From NCBI RefSeq assembly GCF_006345805.1, contig NC_043006.1, positions 12,648,001 through 12,712,000 of the forward strand: a stretch of 64,000 nt of DNA, in the 5' to 3' direction. Both the position numbers and the translations under genes were made by a program. Under the pieces are notes generated by a model that saw only the letters and a list, made by a program, of their open reading frames with translations, did not search any database and was not told the origin of the DNA. Source of the DNA: Octopus sinensis. Taxonomy: Eukaryota. Position 1 is the stretch's first letter. The number at the start of each line of letters is the position of its first letter. This document shows positions 12,163-23,860 of this stretch, in pieces.

Positions 12163-12305
12163 ACATTAGTTACATTTGACGGATATTTGTCCCCATCTTG
12201 TTTGTTGTTAACACAACGTTTCGGCTGATATACCCTCCAGACTTCATCAGGTGTCTTGGGTTAATTTCGAACCTGGATTATCATTCCTAAGGTATTTTTC
12301 GATGT
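12163..12305 (-). mobile_element. Short Penelope-type tail cassette containing a hammerhead motif
   Basis: Follows an (AAT)n tract on the minus strand and contains the motif at 12210-12255. Confidence 0.65.
12210..12255 (-). ncRNA. Minimal type I hammerhead ribozyme motif
   Basis: Minus strand: GACAC-CTGATGA-a-gtctg(gagggtatat)cagcc-GAAAC-GTT-GTGTT. Stem I GACAC/GTGTT, stem II with one mismatch, palindromic AACGTT helix III. Confidence 0.75.
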
Positions 12306-12340
12306 TATTATTATTATTATAATCACCATCACCATTATCA

Positions 12341-12529
12341 TTCAGTAGTTTTATTTTTATAGCGTGCTTTCACTTCACTACCGAGCGCAGCTCTGTGTGC
12401 CTTGGGTATGTGCTGTGATTTGTTGTGATGCTCTGATGGTTACTGTATTGAAAGTGTTTTGCGTAGGATGTGTGCAGTGCCCAGTGGTGTAATTTTCTGT
12501 ATGTTATATATATATATATTTGTAAGTCC
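12341..12529 (-). mobile_element. 3' end of an R4/Dong-like non-LTR retrotransposon in (AAT)n
   Basis: Inverted homolog of the 3' part of 30417-30741; (ATT)n-type tracts on both sides. Confidence 0.85.
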
Positions 12530-12575
<46 letters not shown>

Positions 12576-12577
<2 letters not shown>

Positions 12578-12652
12578 GGTCACACTTGGAATCAAACCCG
12601 GAATCTTGGGGTTAGTAGCCAGCGCTCTTAACCACTACATCATATACCCGTG
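12576..12652 (-). mobile_element. tRNA-like SINE head followed by (AAT)n
   Basis: Minus strand cacgggtatatgatgtagtggttaagagcgctggctactaaccccaagattccgggtttgattcc has A and B boxes and an anticodon-like loop, but no complete acceptor stem. Confidence 0.7.
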
Positions 12653-12866
12653 GAAAAATCTAGCTATATATTGGAAACGGTAGATTCGTAGTTTTGATTC
12701 ATTTCCACCCGGATGACAATTCAGAAAATGGCATTAAGACCTGAACCTATATAGTTTTGGGTTTCTGAAAGTATTTGCTTCATACAAACAAGAACGGACA
12801 TGCCTGCACTTTAAAGCAGATACAAACACATGTATACATTTTTATATATGCATATATACATATGAG

Positions 12867-13270
12867 GATCAGAATCGAAATCGATCAATGGAAATCGATC
12901 AATGGAAATTGCAGATGTGTTACCAGTGCCGGTGGCATGTAAGAGAACTTTCCGTTTCGCGACCGTTGCCAGCACCGCCCCGTTTCGTGTCCGTTGCCAG
13001 CCTCGCCTGGCCCTCGTGCCGGTGGCACATAAAAAGCACCATCCGTTCGTGGCCGTTTGCCAGCTCTGTCTGGCACCAGTGCGGGTGGCACGTAAAAAGC
13101 ACCCACTACACTCACGGAGTGGTTGGCGTTAGGAAGGGCATCCAGCCGTAGAAACACTGCCAGATTTGACTGGGCCTGATGAAGCCTTCTGGCTTCACAG
13201 ACCCCAGTAGAACCGTCCAACCCATGCTAGCATGGAAAACGGACGCTAAATGATGATGATGATGAATGAT
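12867..13270 (+). mobile_element. RTE-like 3' end or RTE-tailed SINE ending in (TGA)n
   Basis: Ends ccaacccatgctagcatggaaaacggacgctaaa(tga)n. Contains three copies of gtgc.ggtggca..taa.a. The RTE link is from recalled tail similarity. Confidence 0.7.
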
Positions 13271-13389
13271 GTATATGTATGTATGTATGTATATATACAC
13301 TGACTTCTATATAGATTCAGACATACATATACATAACCATATTTATACAGATATATACACTTATATACCTGCATACATATGTGTGATTA

Positions 13390-13808
13390 TAGGTAGTGGG
13401 TAGCGATTTTCTTCACTACTTCAGGGAGTGACGAACCCACTTGACACGAATCCCGGGCTCAGCTGGCTCCGGCTGACAGTACCCGGTATGAGCCCCTATC
13501 CAGAGTTACGGAAAGGAGACAACCTTCAAAGAAATCCGGAGTGGAGCCCCGTAGGTGGTTTAGTGTTCGACTCGATAGTCTTCCGGCAGCTCCTGCAACC
13601 AAGCTGGTGGCAAACGTAATGATCTGCACTCCTTTGGGCTACGCCAGGAATGTTGAGAGAGGAATCCTGACGATTGGGCTACCCAGGATTTTCTTACATC
13701 TAGCCCAGGCCTGCGCAAATCTGGAGAAGACATGAAATGTAAAAACCAGATTGGATTAGCTTCTGCGCAGCTCCATTGTCTCCCGAGACAAAAGGATGCC
13801 AACAACAT
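13390..13808 (+). mobile_element. Internally deleted RTE-like element (5' UTR fused to 3' end)
   Basis: 5'-UTR-like motifs ggagccccgtagg and ggcagctcctgcaaccaagctggtg; ends tctcccgagacaaaaggatgccaacaac; no ORF. Assignment from recalled family motifs. Confidence 0.55.
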
Positions 13809-14427
13809 ATGTGATTATGTATGTATGCTTATGTATAGCACATTTCGTGTGGAGAATTAAGATCACGTTTTGATTAATGGGAATGAACCTCAGAATGAAG
13901 ACCAAAATGTCATTCGCTAACGTTAATGACATTTCGTTTAAGAAATGCAAGGGAGAGAATTGCATCATTTGAATTAATATATAAGCACAATATAGAGAAA
14001 AAAGGACAGTTATTTTTATTAAATCATGGAGCGATCTTGAGAGGATGTAGTGTGTAGTGAGAATTATTCAAGATTTAGAACTTCTCAAAAGTACATTTTA
14101 CAGGAAATTCTGCCTCACATAATGAGTGTAATGAAGAGAAAAGCTGTCTATTCAACGAGTAGTCAGCATAACGATGTATGCAGTGTTATTGTAATAGAAA
14201 TCAAAGTCTCATTCTGTCCAATGTATCTCCTCTTAATTTTTAACCAGTTTGAATTTCGAACATATCGTACATACTAACAAAGAAAAGTTCTCACAAAGAA
14301 AAGGTATTATGGCTAATGCCATTGTTTGCAATACGAGTTCCAGTTACATTCGTTCTTTAAGAAAAATTGCAAGCACAATTGACTGTATCCAGTAAAATAT
14401 TCAAATATATATATAAATCAAGTAAAC

Positions 14428-14461
<34 letters not shown>

Positions 14462-14823
14462 TTCTCGTCCTTATTCTTCTACTGCTTCTTTATCCTCTAA
14501 CCATACTTACATCTGCTTTGGCATTGATTCTATATTTGCCTTCTCCATCTCTTCACAATTTATCTTCATTTTTATCGTTATATATATTTTTCTTCCCTCC
14601 CAATATAAGAAAAATACAAAGCCTGACAGACGCACAATGTAAAAGCGTACCTTTGATGTGGGTTTGAAGACGTGCCACTCTGATGTTTAAAAGCGCCAAT
14701 ATTACCTAAGTTTTCGCTTGGATCTTTTGCGGAACTGGCGTTGGAAACAGAGTTGGTAGAGAAAGAGATTGGAATTGGTCGTTGAAGATGTGAATAAATC
14801 TTTCCCTATGTTCTTATTTGGAT

Positions 14824-14891
<68 letters not shown>

Positions 14892-14976
14892 TAGATAGAT
14901 TGATAGATAAAGATATGTACATGTTTGTATGCATGTATATATACAGAGAGAGAGAGAGAGAGAGACATACAGACAC

Positions 14977-15009
<33 letters not shown>

Positions 15010-15500
15010 GAAAGGAGGTCACCAGAATTTTGGAAAATTTCTTTTTATTTATTCATTATTATAAACGCGTTCCTTCGTTTTCGAACATGCGATATAACAT
15101 GTTGTCAATGTCCAAACAGGTTTCCATTTATATTTTATATTTTGTTTAGAAGAGGGAAAATATTGATTTTTTTTTTTTTTGTTGGGTGAAATTCCAGGAT
15201 AATGGAGATAGATAGGTAGATAAATAGGTAGATAGATAGATAGATAGACAGATAGATAGATACATACATACATAGATAGATAGATAAGTAGAGAGAGGGA
15301 GGAGGGACGCCCATCCTTCAGTTTGTCTTGTATTAACGATTTATTTAAATATTTATTTATTTAGTCATTTACCATTGTATTGTCATTAGTTCAAGGTTGG
15401 TGACCTCTTCATGTCAGTTCTAGAATGGGGAAAATCATGAAAAAATTATGGGGCGCCGTCATCACTGAAAGCATTTTTTGTCTTTTCCTCTGTTTTGTTT
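15010..15500 (+). repeat. Unclassified interspersed repeat, copy 1 (inverted homolog at 19490-20272)
   Basis: Colinear shared blocks gaggtc.ccagaattt, ttccagga.aatg.agatagatagg, tcatttaccattgtattg.cat.agttcaag. Confidence 0.75.
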
Positions 15501-15803
15501 TCTTAAGGTGGCAGAAGTATCATAAGAGGTTCTATAAAAATGCATATATATTGGGGTTTTTCCTTTTGTGGTTTGTCCTGTACCTTGTTTTTCTGTTGTA
15601 AAAAATAATGTTTTTCCCGTTTTCGTTTCGTCTCTGTTTTTTTTGTTGTAAAATAATGGCTTGTCCGTTTTAGTTTTTCGTTGAGTTCTACGTCTAGTTG
15701 CGGTGTCCTGTACTCACGTATATATATTTATATATGCATGTATATATACATGTAGATACGTACATATATGTTTGTATGTATGCATATATTTTATTTATTA
15801 CAT

Positions 15804-15804
<1 letters not shown>

Positions 15805-15836
<32 letters not shown>

Positions 15837-15879
15837 GTGTGTATGTATATATATATATGTATGTGTGTGTGTATGTATA

Positions 15880-15929
<50 letters not shown>

Positions 15930-16066
15930 CCTGTGAGTTCAGGTGTTTGGAAATATGTGAATGTCTGCACTGTGTAATTTCATGTCTTTTGCATGAAAAA
16001 ACAGTAGTACGTTATTTACAAATTAGTAAAATACATAAAGTTAGAATATTCAAATGCTATATATAT

Positions 16067-16113
<47 letters not shown>

Positions 16114-16150
16114 ATGTATATATATATATGTATGTGTGTGTGTATGTATA

Positions 16151-16219
<69 letters not shown>

Positions 16220-16345
16220 CTGTGAGTTCAGGTGTTTGGAAATATGTGAATGTCTGCACTGTGTAATTTCATGTCTTTTGCATGAAAAAACAGTAGTACG
16301 TTATTTACAAATTAGTAAAATACATAAAGTTAGAATATCCAAATG

Positions 16346-16375
<30 letters not shown>
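15805..16375 (+). repeat. Tandem duplication, period ~289 bp
   Basis: Unique cores 15930-16058 and 16219-16347 differ at one position I can see (aatatt/aatatc); the microsatellite pattern is also repeated. Confidence 0.9.
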
Positions 16376-16382
<7 letters not shown>

Positions 16383-16439
16383 TGAATATTTATAGAGATA
16401 AGTATATGTTTCTGGTACTGGAGCTATATTTAGAATCAG

Positions 16440-19400
16440 AAATGTTACAATACGGCCAACACCTACCAGAATTGGCGAAGTAAAGAAAGCCCAATTCTTC
16501 CCAGAAAATCGCTTCTGAAAGAAATAAGAAGTGAATCACTAGAAGAAACAATGATACGTGCAAACGTAGCTTTATGCCGACTAGAAGCAGAATTTTTTTT
16601 TCAATCGCGAAAAATAGGACACGAAGAGAAACTAAAAACTATTGATGCAGTTATGTTTTCTGAAATCGCCGAACGAAGTGACAATAAATGTCAGGAAAAA
16701 ATGCAACAACTATGGAAAGAAGGCATAAAGCGAGAAGATAAATCCATAAAAATGTGGGAAATATCACAATGTGGAAAGTTCACTAATCATGAAAAAGAGA
16801 AACAAAAAGCTATGGAGAAAAATCCATTATGAAAACGAAATCACCTCACCAACAAAAAATACGAGGAAATCGAAAACAAATATCGACACCTCACACAGAG
16901 GGACCGGACTAAGGTATCGAACCTTAGTTACCCAAGAAGATATGTGGAAATGACCTCCATCTCACCCCAAGCACAGACTAGAAACACATATTCTGCAATA
17001 CATAACGCTGCAATAAGCCAACACATGAGCTATAGAGGACAACGATGAACCCATAATATCAAACGCCCTAGATGGATAAATTCACGACAACCACCAATCC
17101 GTAATACCATGTACCCTAGATGGATGAATACATGGGAAGAAAGACAAAAAGAATACGGACAACGCAGAATCCATACTATGAAAAATCTCTACAGTAACTC
17201 AAGAAACCTACGATTTACAACCATAAATCCCATACATCCTGAATGGTCCAAGAAACATAGAAGATGGGAGGAAAACAGAACGTATAGGCAACGGAATGCG
17301 TACAAAGAACATGAACCACCCCCTGCCTACATGAGAAGCATAACCCCGAAATCAGAAAATGGAGACACGGTAACACAAAATTTTAATGAGTACACAGAAC
17401 ACATAGAACCGAAGATCATAAATTTGTCAAATAGAAACCTCATCAAAAATGAGATGAACCGCCTATTAAAAAGTTTGAAGTTTACCCCGACACCCAGCCC
17501 TAATCTCATTGAACTGAAATCTGATACTGAACATCTTAACCGCCACCTTCGACTCATAGAATTCTTTGGCAATAAGGATATAAGTGATAAATCAATAGTC
17601 AAACATAAATCCCACTTCACCCCCTACTAGGGGAATGACAAATATTTAGACGTGTCTATAGACAGAATTTCAAAATTTCCCCATAATACCTACAGATGCA
17701 AATAAAACCTTCGTGAAGAAGAAAAGGAAAACTTACTAATACTGAAGAATGACAACTCAACCATTCTAAAAGAAGCCGATAAGGGAGGTGCGATAGTAAT
17801 CATGAACAAGGACTAATATAAAGATAAATATTGGAAATTTTAACAACCACACCTACTACACAAGGAATAACCGAGACACCCAGAAAAAATAATGAGTAAA
17901 ATCAGAACACTAATCAATGAATACCAAGATTCCTTCACAGACAAGGAGAAAGCTTATATAATGCAACTCTGTAATCAAAGGGAGCAATTTCTAGGGATTG
18001 CCCAAAATACACAAAAGTTCCGAAGTACAAAGTGCCATAAATAAGCAGAAGAACCTATACATAAAAATACTAAGGCCTGCTGACCGACCTCAAACTGAGA
18101 CCCATAGTTGCTGGACCTCAAGCACCAACACACCAACTAAGTCATTTGTTAGATATACTCCTAAAACCTTTGTGCCCTTTAATACCCAATTATATACGGG
18201 ATGGCATAGATTTCATCCAGCACATCACACCCAATGTCCCAGTAGGTACTATACTTACAAGTTTGATGTTACCAATGTTTATACCAACATACCTCAGGCT
18301 TTAGGCCTAGAAGCAGTCAAACACTGGGTAGAGGCCACATTCTTGGTCGAGGAATAAAATACCTTTAAATTCGATAATAAAACATATCGACAAATAAAAG
18401 GGCACGGCTATGGGGACGCGATTTGCACCCTCATGGGCAAAATTGGTCATGAGATACTTGGAATAAAAACTTTATGAGGAAGTAGAGAAAACTTTTGATC
18501 AGAAGTACCAGAAATATATCGTTAAAAAGTGGAAAAGCATCTTTGATGATTACTCTTTTCTCTTTTACTCTTTTACTCTTTTACTTGTTTCAATCATTTG
18601 ACTGCGGCCATGCTGGAGCACCGCCTTTAGTCGAGCAATCGACCCCGGTACTTATTTTTGTAATCCCAGTACTTATTCTATCGGTCTCTTTTGCCGAAAA
18701 CGCTAAGTGACGGGGACTAAAACACGCCAGCATCGTTTGTCAAGCAATGCTAGGGGGGACAAAACCAGACCACAACATACACACATATACATATATATAT
18801 CATATATACGACAGGCTTCTTTACGAGTTTCTTCAGTTCCGTCTACTATTCCACTCACAAGGCTTTGGTCGGCCCGAGGCTATAGTGAAGACACTTGCCC
18901 AAGGTTCCACGCAGTGGGACTGAACCCAGAACCATGTGGTTGGTAGACAGGCTACTTACCACACAGCCACTCCTGCTTCATCTTTTGGCAAAATCAAATG
19001 AGAACCTAAGTATATTTAACAATATACTGAACACACTTCACCCATCCTTCAAATTCACGGCAGAATCCAGTTGCACTAAATTACCATTCCTGGATATCCA
19101 AATAAAAATACTGAACTCCACCGTCACAACAGATATATTTTACAAAAAAGTGACGCACATCAATATTTAAATTTCTACTCTTACCATCCATCACACATCG
19201 AATGAAGCATCCCATTCAGCATGGGAAGACGCATTTATACTACAGTGTCTGACCCCAAAATATATGAAATCCGACTCAACAAGCTCAAACGCTTCTTCGT
19301 AACGCAGAAACACCCCTGAGGATTAATTAATTAATGAGGGAATTAAAAAGGCGATGAAACTGAACATCACCCAACTACGGACACCCAAGGAAAAGGTTAA

Positions 19401-19480
19401 TGAGAACACGATTCCGTTCGTTAACAGACACAGTCCTGGAATAACCAACATCTTTCACGCCATAAAATCGAACTTACCTA
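16440..19480 (+). mobile_element. Decayed Penelope-like element (reverse-transcriptase pseudogene), 3'-truncated before the GIY-YIG domain
   Basis: Across stops and frameshifts: LKFTPTP, KEADKGGAIVIMNK (~17768), LPKIHK (~17998), RPIVAG, FDVTNVYTNIP, GTAMGTRFAPS (~18402), WKSIFDD|CFIFW, LHPSFKFT, LPFLDI. This is the Penelope RT motif order. Confidence 0.92.
18552..18976 (-). mobile_element. SINE A inserted in the Penelope RT catalytic motif
   Basis: Sits between gat gat t (18545-18551) and gc ttc atc ttt tgg. Confidence 0.92.
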
Positions 19481-19489
19481 GAAAGGAAA

Positions 19490-19710
19490 AAAGAGGAAAA
19501 TGCAAAATTTTTTCAGGGATGACTGCACTCCATCATTTTTCCTTTATTTTCCCCATCATCAAGAACTGATATCTTGGCGAGGTCACTAGTCTTGAACTCA
19601 TGTCAATACAATGGTAAATGATTAAATAAATAAATAATTAAATGAATTGTGACTACGTGATAAATTGAAGAGGACGCCCTCTCTCTACCTCTCTGTATCT
19701 ACCTACCTAC

Positions 19711-19781
<71 letters not shown>

Positions 19782-20272
19782 CCTATCTATCTACCTATCT
19801 ATCTACTTCTCTTTTCTTTTGTTCCTTTTCCTTTTTTTCTTTTTTTTTCTTTTTTTTCTTTTATTTTTTGTTCTTTTCTTCCCTTTTAGGATCCCTTTTG
19901 ATCGAAAACCTACGCCAGCTTTTTTTTTGTTTCTTTGTTTTTTGTTTTTTGTTTTTTTCATCCCCCAAAAGAAAAGCTCTACCTTGTAACTTGTGCCATC
20001 TGTGTGCAGCCTTTTGTGGCTAATAAAGAAACTTATCTATCTACCTATCTATCTACATTGTCCTGGAACCTCATTCCCCCATAAAAAAACAGAAAAACAT
20101 AAACAATGTTCTCTAAACAAAACAAAAAACACATGTTTTATATAAATGAACAACCTCTTTACACATTCACAAAATTTTATTTGGCAAATTCTAAAAACGT
20201 ATTATAGCGCTAATAACAATGACTAAATAATAAAGATTTTCCCCAAATTCTGGCGACCTCTTTATTTTTTTC
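19490..20272 (-). repeat. Unclassified interspersed repeat, copy 2 (inverted), interrupted at 19806-20032
   Basis: Reverse-complement homology to 15010-15500, including the (GATA)n block. Confidence 0.75.
19806..20032 (+). mobile_element. Second copy of the LINE-like 3' end, inserted in (CTAT)n
   Basis: aggatcccttttgatcgaaaacctac...aagaaaagctctac...ctgtgtgcagcc...aataaagaaac matches the reverse complement of 7537-7700. Confidence 0.75.
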
Positions 20273-20312
20273 TTCTTTCAATATACCATATCTGTACACT
20301 ATTTCTAACACT

Positions 20313-20417
20313 CTAGGCGTGACTGTGTGGTAAGAAGCTTGGTTCCCAACCACATGGTTCGGCGTTCAGACCCACTGAGTGGCACCATGGACAAGTGCCC
20401 ATAGCTTCGTGCTGGCT
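20313..20417 (+). mobile_element. SINE A head fragment
   Basis: gtgactgtgtggtaagaagctt...caaccacatggttc...ggcacc.tggacaagtg. Confidence 0.65.
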
Positions 20418-20506
20418 ATATATATATATATGATATATATATATACATGTGTGCATGTTATATATATATATACATGTATATATAATGCATATATATATAC
20501 ATTTAC

Positions 20507-20550
<44 letters not shown>

Positions 20551-21315
20551 GTGTGCATGTATGTATATATGCATATATATAATATTATATACATATATAT
20601 TATAATATATATATATATATTATATATATATATATATAAATTAGAAACAAACCACCTTTTATCAATTCAAAATGAACAATTAAATTACACCATCTAGAAA
20701 ATTACATATAACAGAAATATTAAAATAACAATAATATACCGATGTTTAAGTAAATTGCAAAATAATATACGCATATATATATGAAGGTATTTCCATCGTT
20801 TTGCTGTTTTTTTTCTTTCTACGAAGTGCGAAGATACAGTACTGAACTGTTATTTTAAAGAACTGTATCTATTTATCACTCGATGAGATACTTGATCACC
20901 GGCGGATGCTCCTGAACCAGTTGTAAATTGTCTCAGCCGTTAGAGATCGATACTAGATGTGCCGAAACAATTGTCGTGATTAATAATCGAAATTCTTGCA
21001 ATTCCATTTTCCGCTTTGCATTTACCAAATATTTATGTATGTATGCATATGTGTGTGGGAGGGGGGCACACATGTCTGATGTTTCAGACGATATCGATTC
21101 ACATTGTCCGAATGATATCACATACATATATAGTTGCTTTGTGTGCATGTGTGGGGGAACTGATAACAATACGGTAAATCGATGAATGATATTCGATACA
21201 TGTGCGCCTAATCCAACTATCTTTTCTAGAAATTTGTACGCCTGACTATTCATTTATGTGTGTGCGTGCGTGCGTGTGTGTACATATATACATTTATATA
21301 CAAATATAGACATAT

Positions 21316-21630
21316 GTAAAGGCGCATGGCTCAGTGGTTAGAGCGTCGAGCTTACGATCGTGAGGTTGTGAGTTCGAATCCCGGACCGGGCTGTGTGTTG
21401 TGTTCTTGAGCAAGACACTTTATTTCACGTTGCTGCAGTTCATTTAGCTATGGAAATGAGTTGCGACGTCATAGGTGTCAAGCTGTATCGGCCCCTTTGC
21501 CTTATCCCATGGATAACACTGGTATGCATGGGCGACTGCTGACTTTCCATAAACAATCTCGCCCGGACCTGTGCTTGGGAGGGTAACTTTCTAGGTGCAA
21601 TACCATGGTCAGTCATGATTGAAGGGGGTC
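21316..21630 (+). mobile_element. SINE family D
   Basis: A box tggctcagtggtta, B box gttcgaatcc. Homologous to 25417-25749 and 53325-53658. Confidence 0.88.
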
Positions 21631-22126
21631 TCAGCACGCACGCACACATACATACATCCATACATACACACACACACCCACCCACACATACACACATACA
21701 TACACACGCACGCACGCACACACACATACATATGTGTGTGTGTGTGTGTGTGTGTAAATATAAGATCTACGGATCGAAGTGTAGGAAGAAAGTTAGCTTC
21801 AAGCAATCCGTAGTAAATATAAGAAAACTTTCAGGGACAATAGTGGTTTATTGAGACGTAAGGTTGTAGATTTTTTTCCTATCGAAGTACGATAAACCGA
21901 AAAGAGTTCTCTTTACATTTCGTGTTGCGATTGCATCTAGTAACATAGCGTTACGAAATGGAGTAGGTAAGATTCGGGCTACACATGTTTCATGGCAAGC
22001 AGAACCTCAGAATTGGTAAAAATCCAAGCGAGGGGTATACCGTCGGCTACTCTTTAGACCAAGAATATCTTGATTAACTTAAATGCTACTTTGTTGCAAG
22101 GCGATACATGTTGACGTATGGAAGAT

Positions 22127-22176
<50 letters not shown>

Positions 22177-22187
22177 CATATTATATA

Positions 22188-22407
22188 TCTTTTATTCTTT
22201 CTTTTACTTGTTTCAGTCATTTGACTGCGGCCATGCTGGAGCACCGCCTTTAATCGAGCAACTCGACCCCGGGACTTATTCTTTTGTAAGCCCAGTACTT
22301 ATTCTATAGGTCTCTTTTGCCGAACCGCTAAGTAACGGGGACATAAACACACCAGCATCGGTTGTCAAGCAATGCTAGGAGGACAAACACAGACACAAAC
22401 ACACACA

Positions 22408-22439
<32 letters not shown>

Positions 22440-22604
22440 CGACGGGCTTCTTTCAGTTTCCGTCTACCAAATCCACTCACAAGGCTTTGGTCGGCCTGAG
22501 GCTATAGTAGAAGACACTTGCCCAAGGTGCCACGCAGTGGGACTGAACCCGGAACCATGTGGTTAGTAAACAAGCTACCTACCACACAGCCACTCCTGCG
22601 CCTA
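22188..22604 (-). mobile_element. SINE family A, full length
   Basis: Matches the other family A copies. Confidence 0.92.
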
Positions 22605-22815
22605 TATATATTATATATATATATAGAATTATTTGTAAATACAAGCATAAGAGTATGGCAAGTTCTTTGATACTTTACTAGATGGTTCTGGGTGTAGTCC
22701 GACTGCGTAGCACCTTCGGCCAGTATCTCCTTTCATGGACCTTGAATGAGCATGTTCAATTTCCGTCTACCAAATCTGTACACAAGGAATGACACCCGTT
22801 ATAAATAGGTACATA

Positions 22816-23040
22816 TTCAAATGGCACCACCCCGCTGGTTAAGCGAGCAGGCCAACAGAAGAAAGAGTTAGAGAAAGTTGTGGCGAAAGAGTACAGCAGG
22901 GATCGCCCCCCCCCCCTGCCGGAGCTAAGTGGAGCTTTTAGGTGTTTTCGCTCAATAAACACTCAACGCCCGGTCAGGGAATCGAAAACGCGATCCTACA
23001 ACCGCGAGTCCGCAGCCCTAACCACTGGGACATTGCCTCC
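22816..23040 (-). mobile_element. SINE family C2, tail truncated
   Basis: Homologous to 10137-10336. Confidence 0.82.
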
Positions 23041-23050
23041 CCGCACACGT

Positions 23051-23093
<43 letters not shown>

Positions 23094-23557
23094 CACAGAA
23101 AGAGAGAGAGAGGACACACAAAACACACGCACATGTATGCATGTATGTACGCATGTATAACACTATGGGCATATATGTCTTTGTATCAAAAGGAACATCC
23201 CGTACATCATGGCAAAACGCATCTGTGCTCAAAGGCTTCCTCAAAATGCAGAAATACTCCTTAGGATTAATTAATGAGGTAATTACGGCAAATAGGTGCA
23301 CCGCTACTGTTTGACAACCGGTATTGTTTTCTATTCGTACTCGTAGCTTAGACACCGACAAATAAGAACGTGTACTTCAAAAGAAGCATAAAAAGCACCA
23401 GAATCAATTCGTTTCAGTAATTACCCTGCAAGACGGTGCCCGGGTATACCTGAAATGCAATCACTGGAACAAGTAAATTATAGAAGGAAAAAAGGTATGT
23501 ATTTATACGTACATAAATGTATATACAAATATATTCTTATGCACATCTAATTAGATG

Positions 23558-23600
<43 letters not shown>

Positions 23601-23860
23601 CGCAAACACGTATATACATATATATATATATATACATATATATGTATGTATGTATATAATAATGTTTGTTTTTATGTTCAGTTATAAGAAGAGCAATATT
23701 ATATTTATCTGATGGATTACTCTATACTGTTGTAGATTAAAAATTTATTATTATTGTATAAGAATGTTCTTAACAGTGTCTTCGCAGTCATTGCCAAGAA
23801 CATTTGATATATATATATATATATATATATATGATATTTATAGCATTCTTCCGATGGCCG

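Noticed and set aside
13176-13200. CTGATGA followed by hairpin agcc-ttct-ggct
   Set aside because: It is followed by tcac rather than GAAA, so the hammerhead core is incomplete.
13455-13500. HDV-like ribozyme at the RTE-like 5' end (P1-like gggctca/tgagccc)
   Set aside because: No suitable P3/L3 loop, no GG after the P1 3' strand, and no P2/P4 could be assigned.
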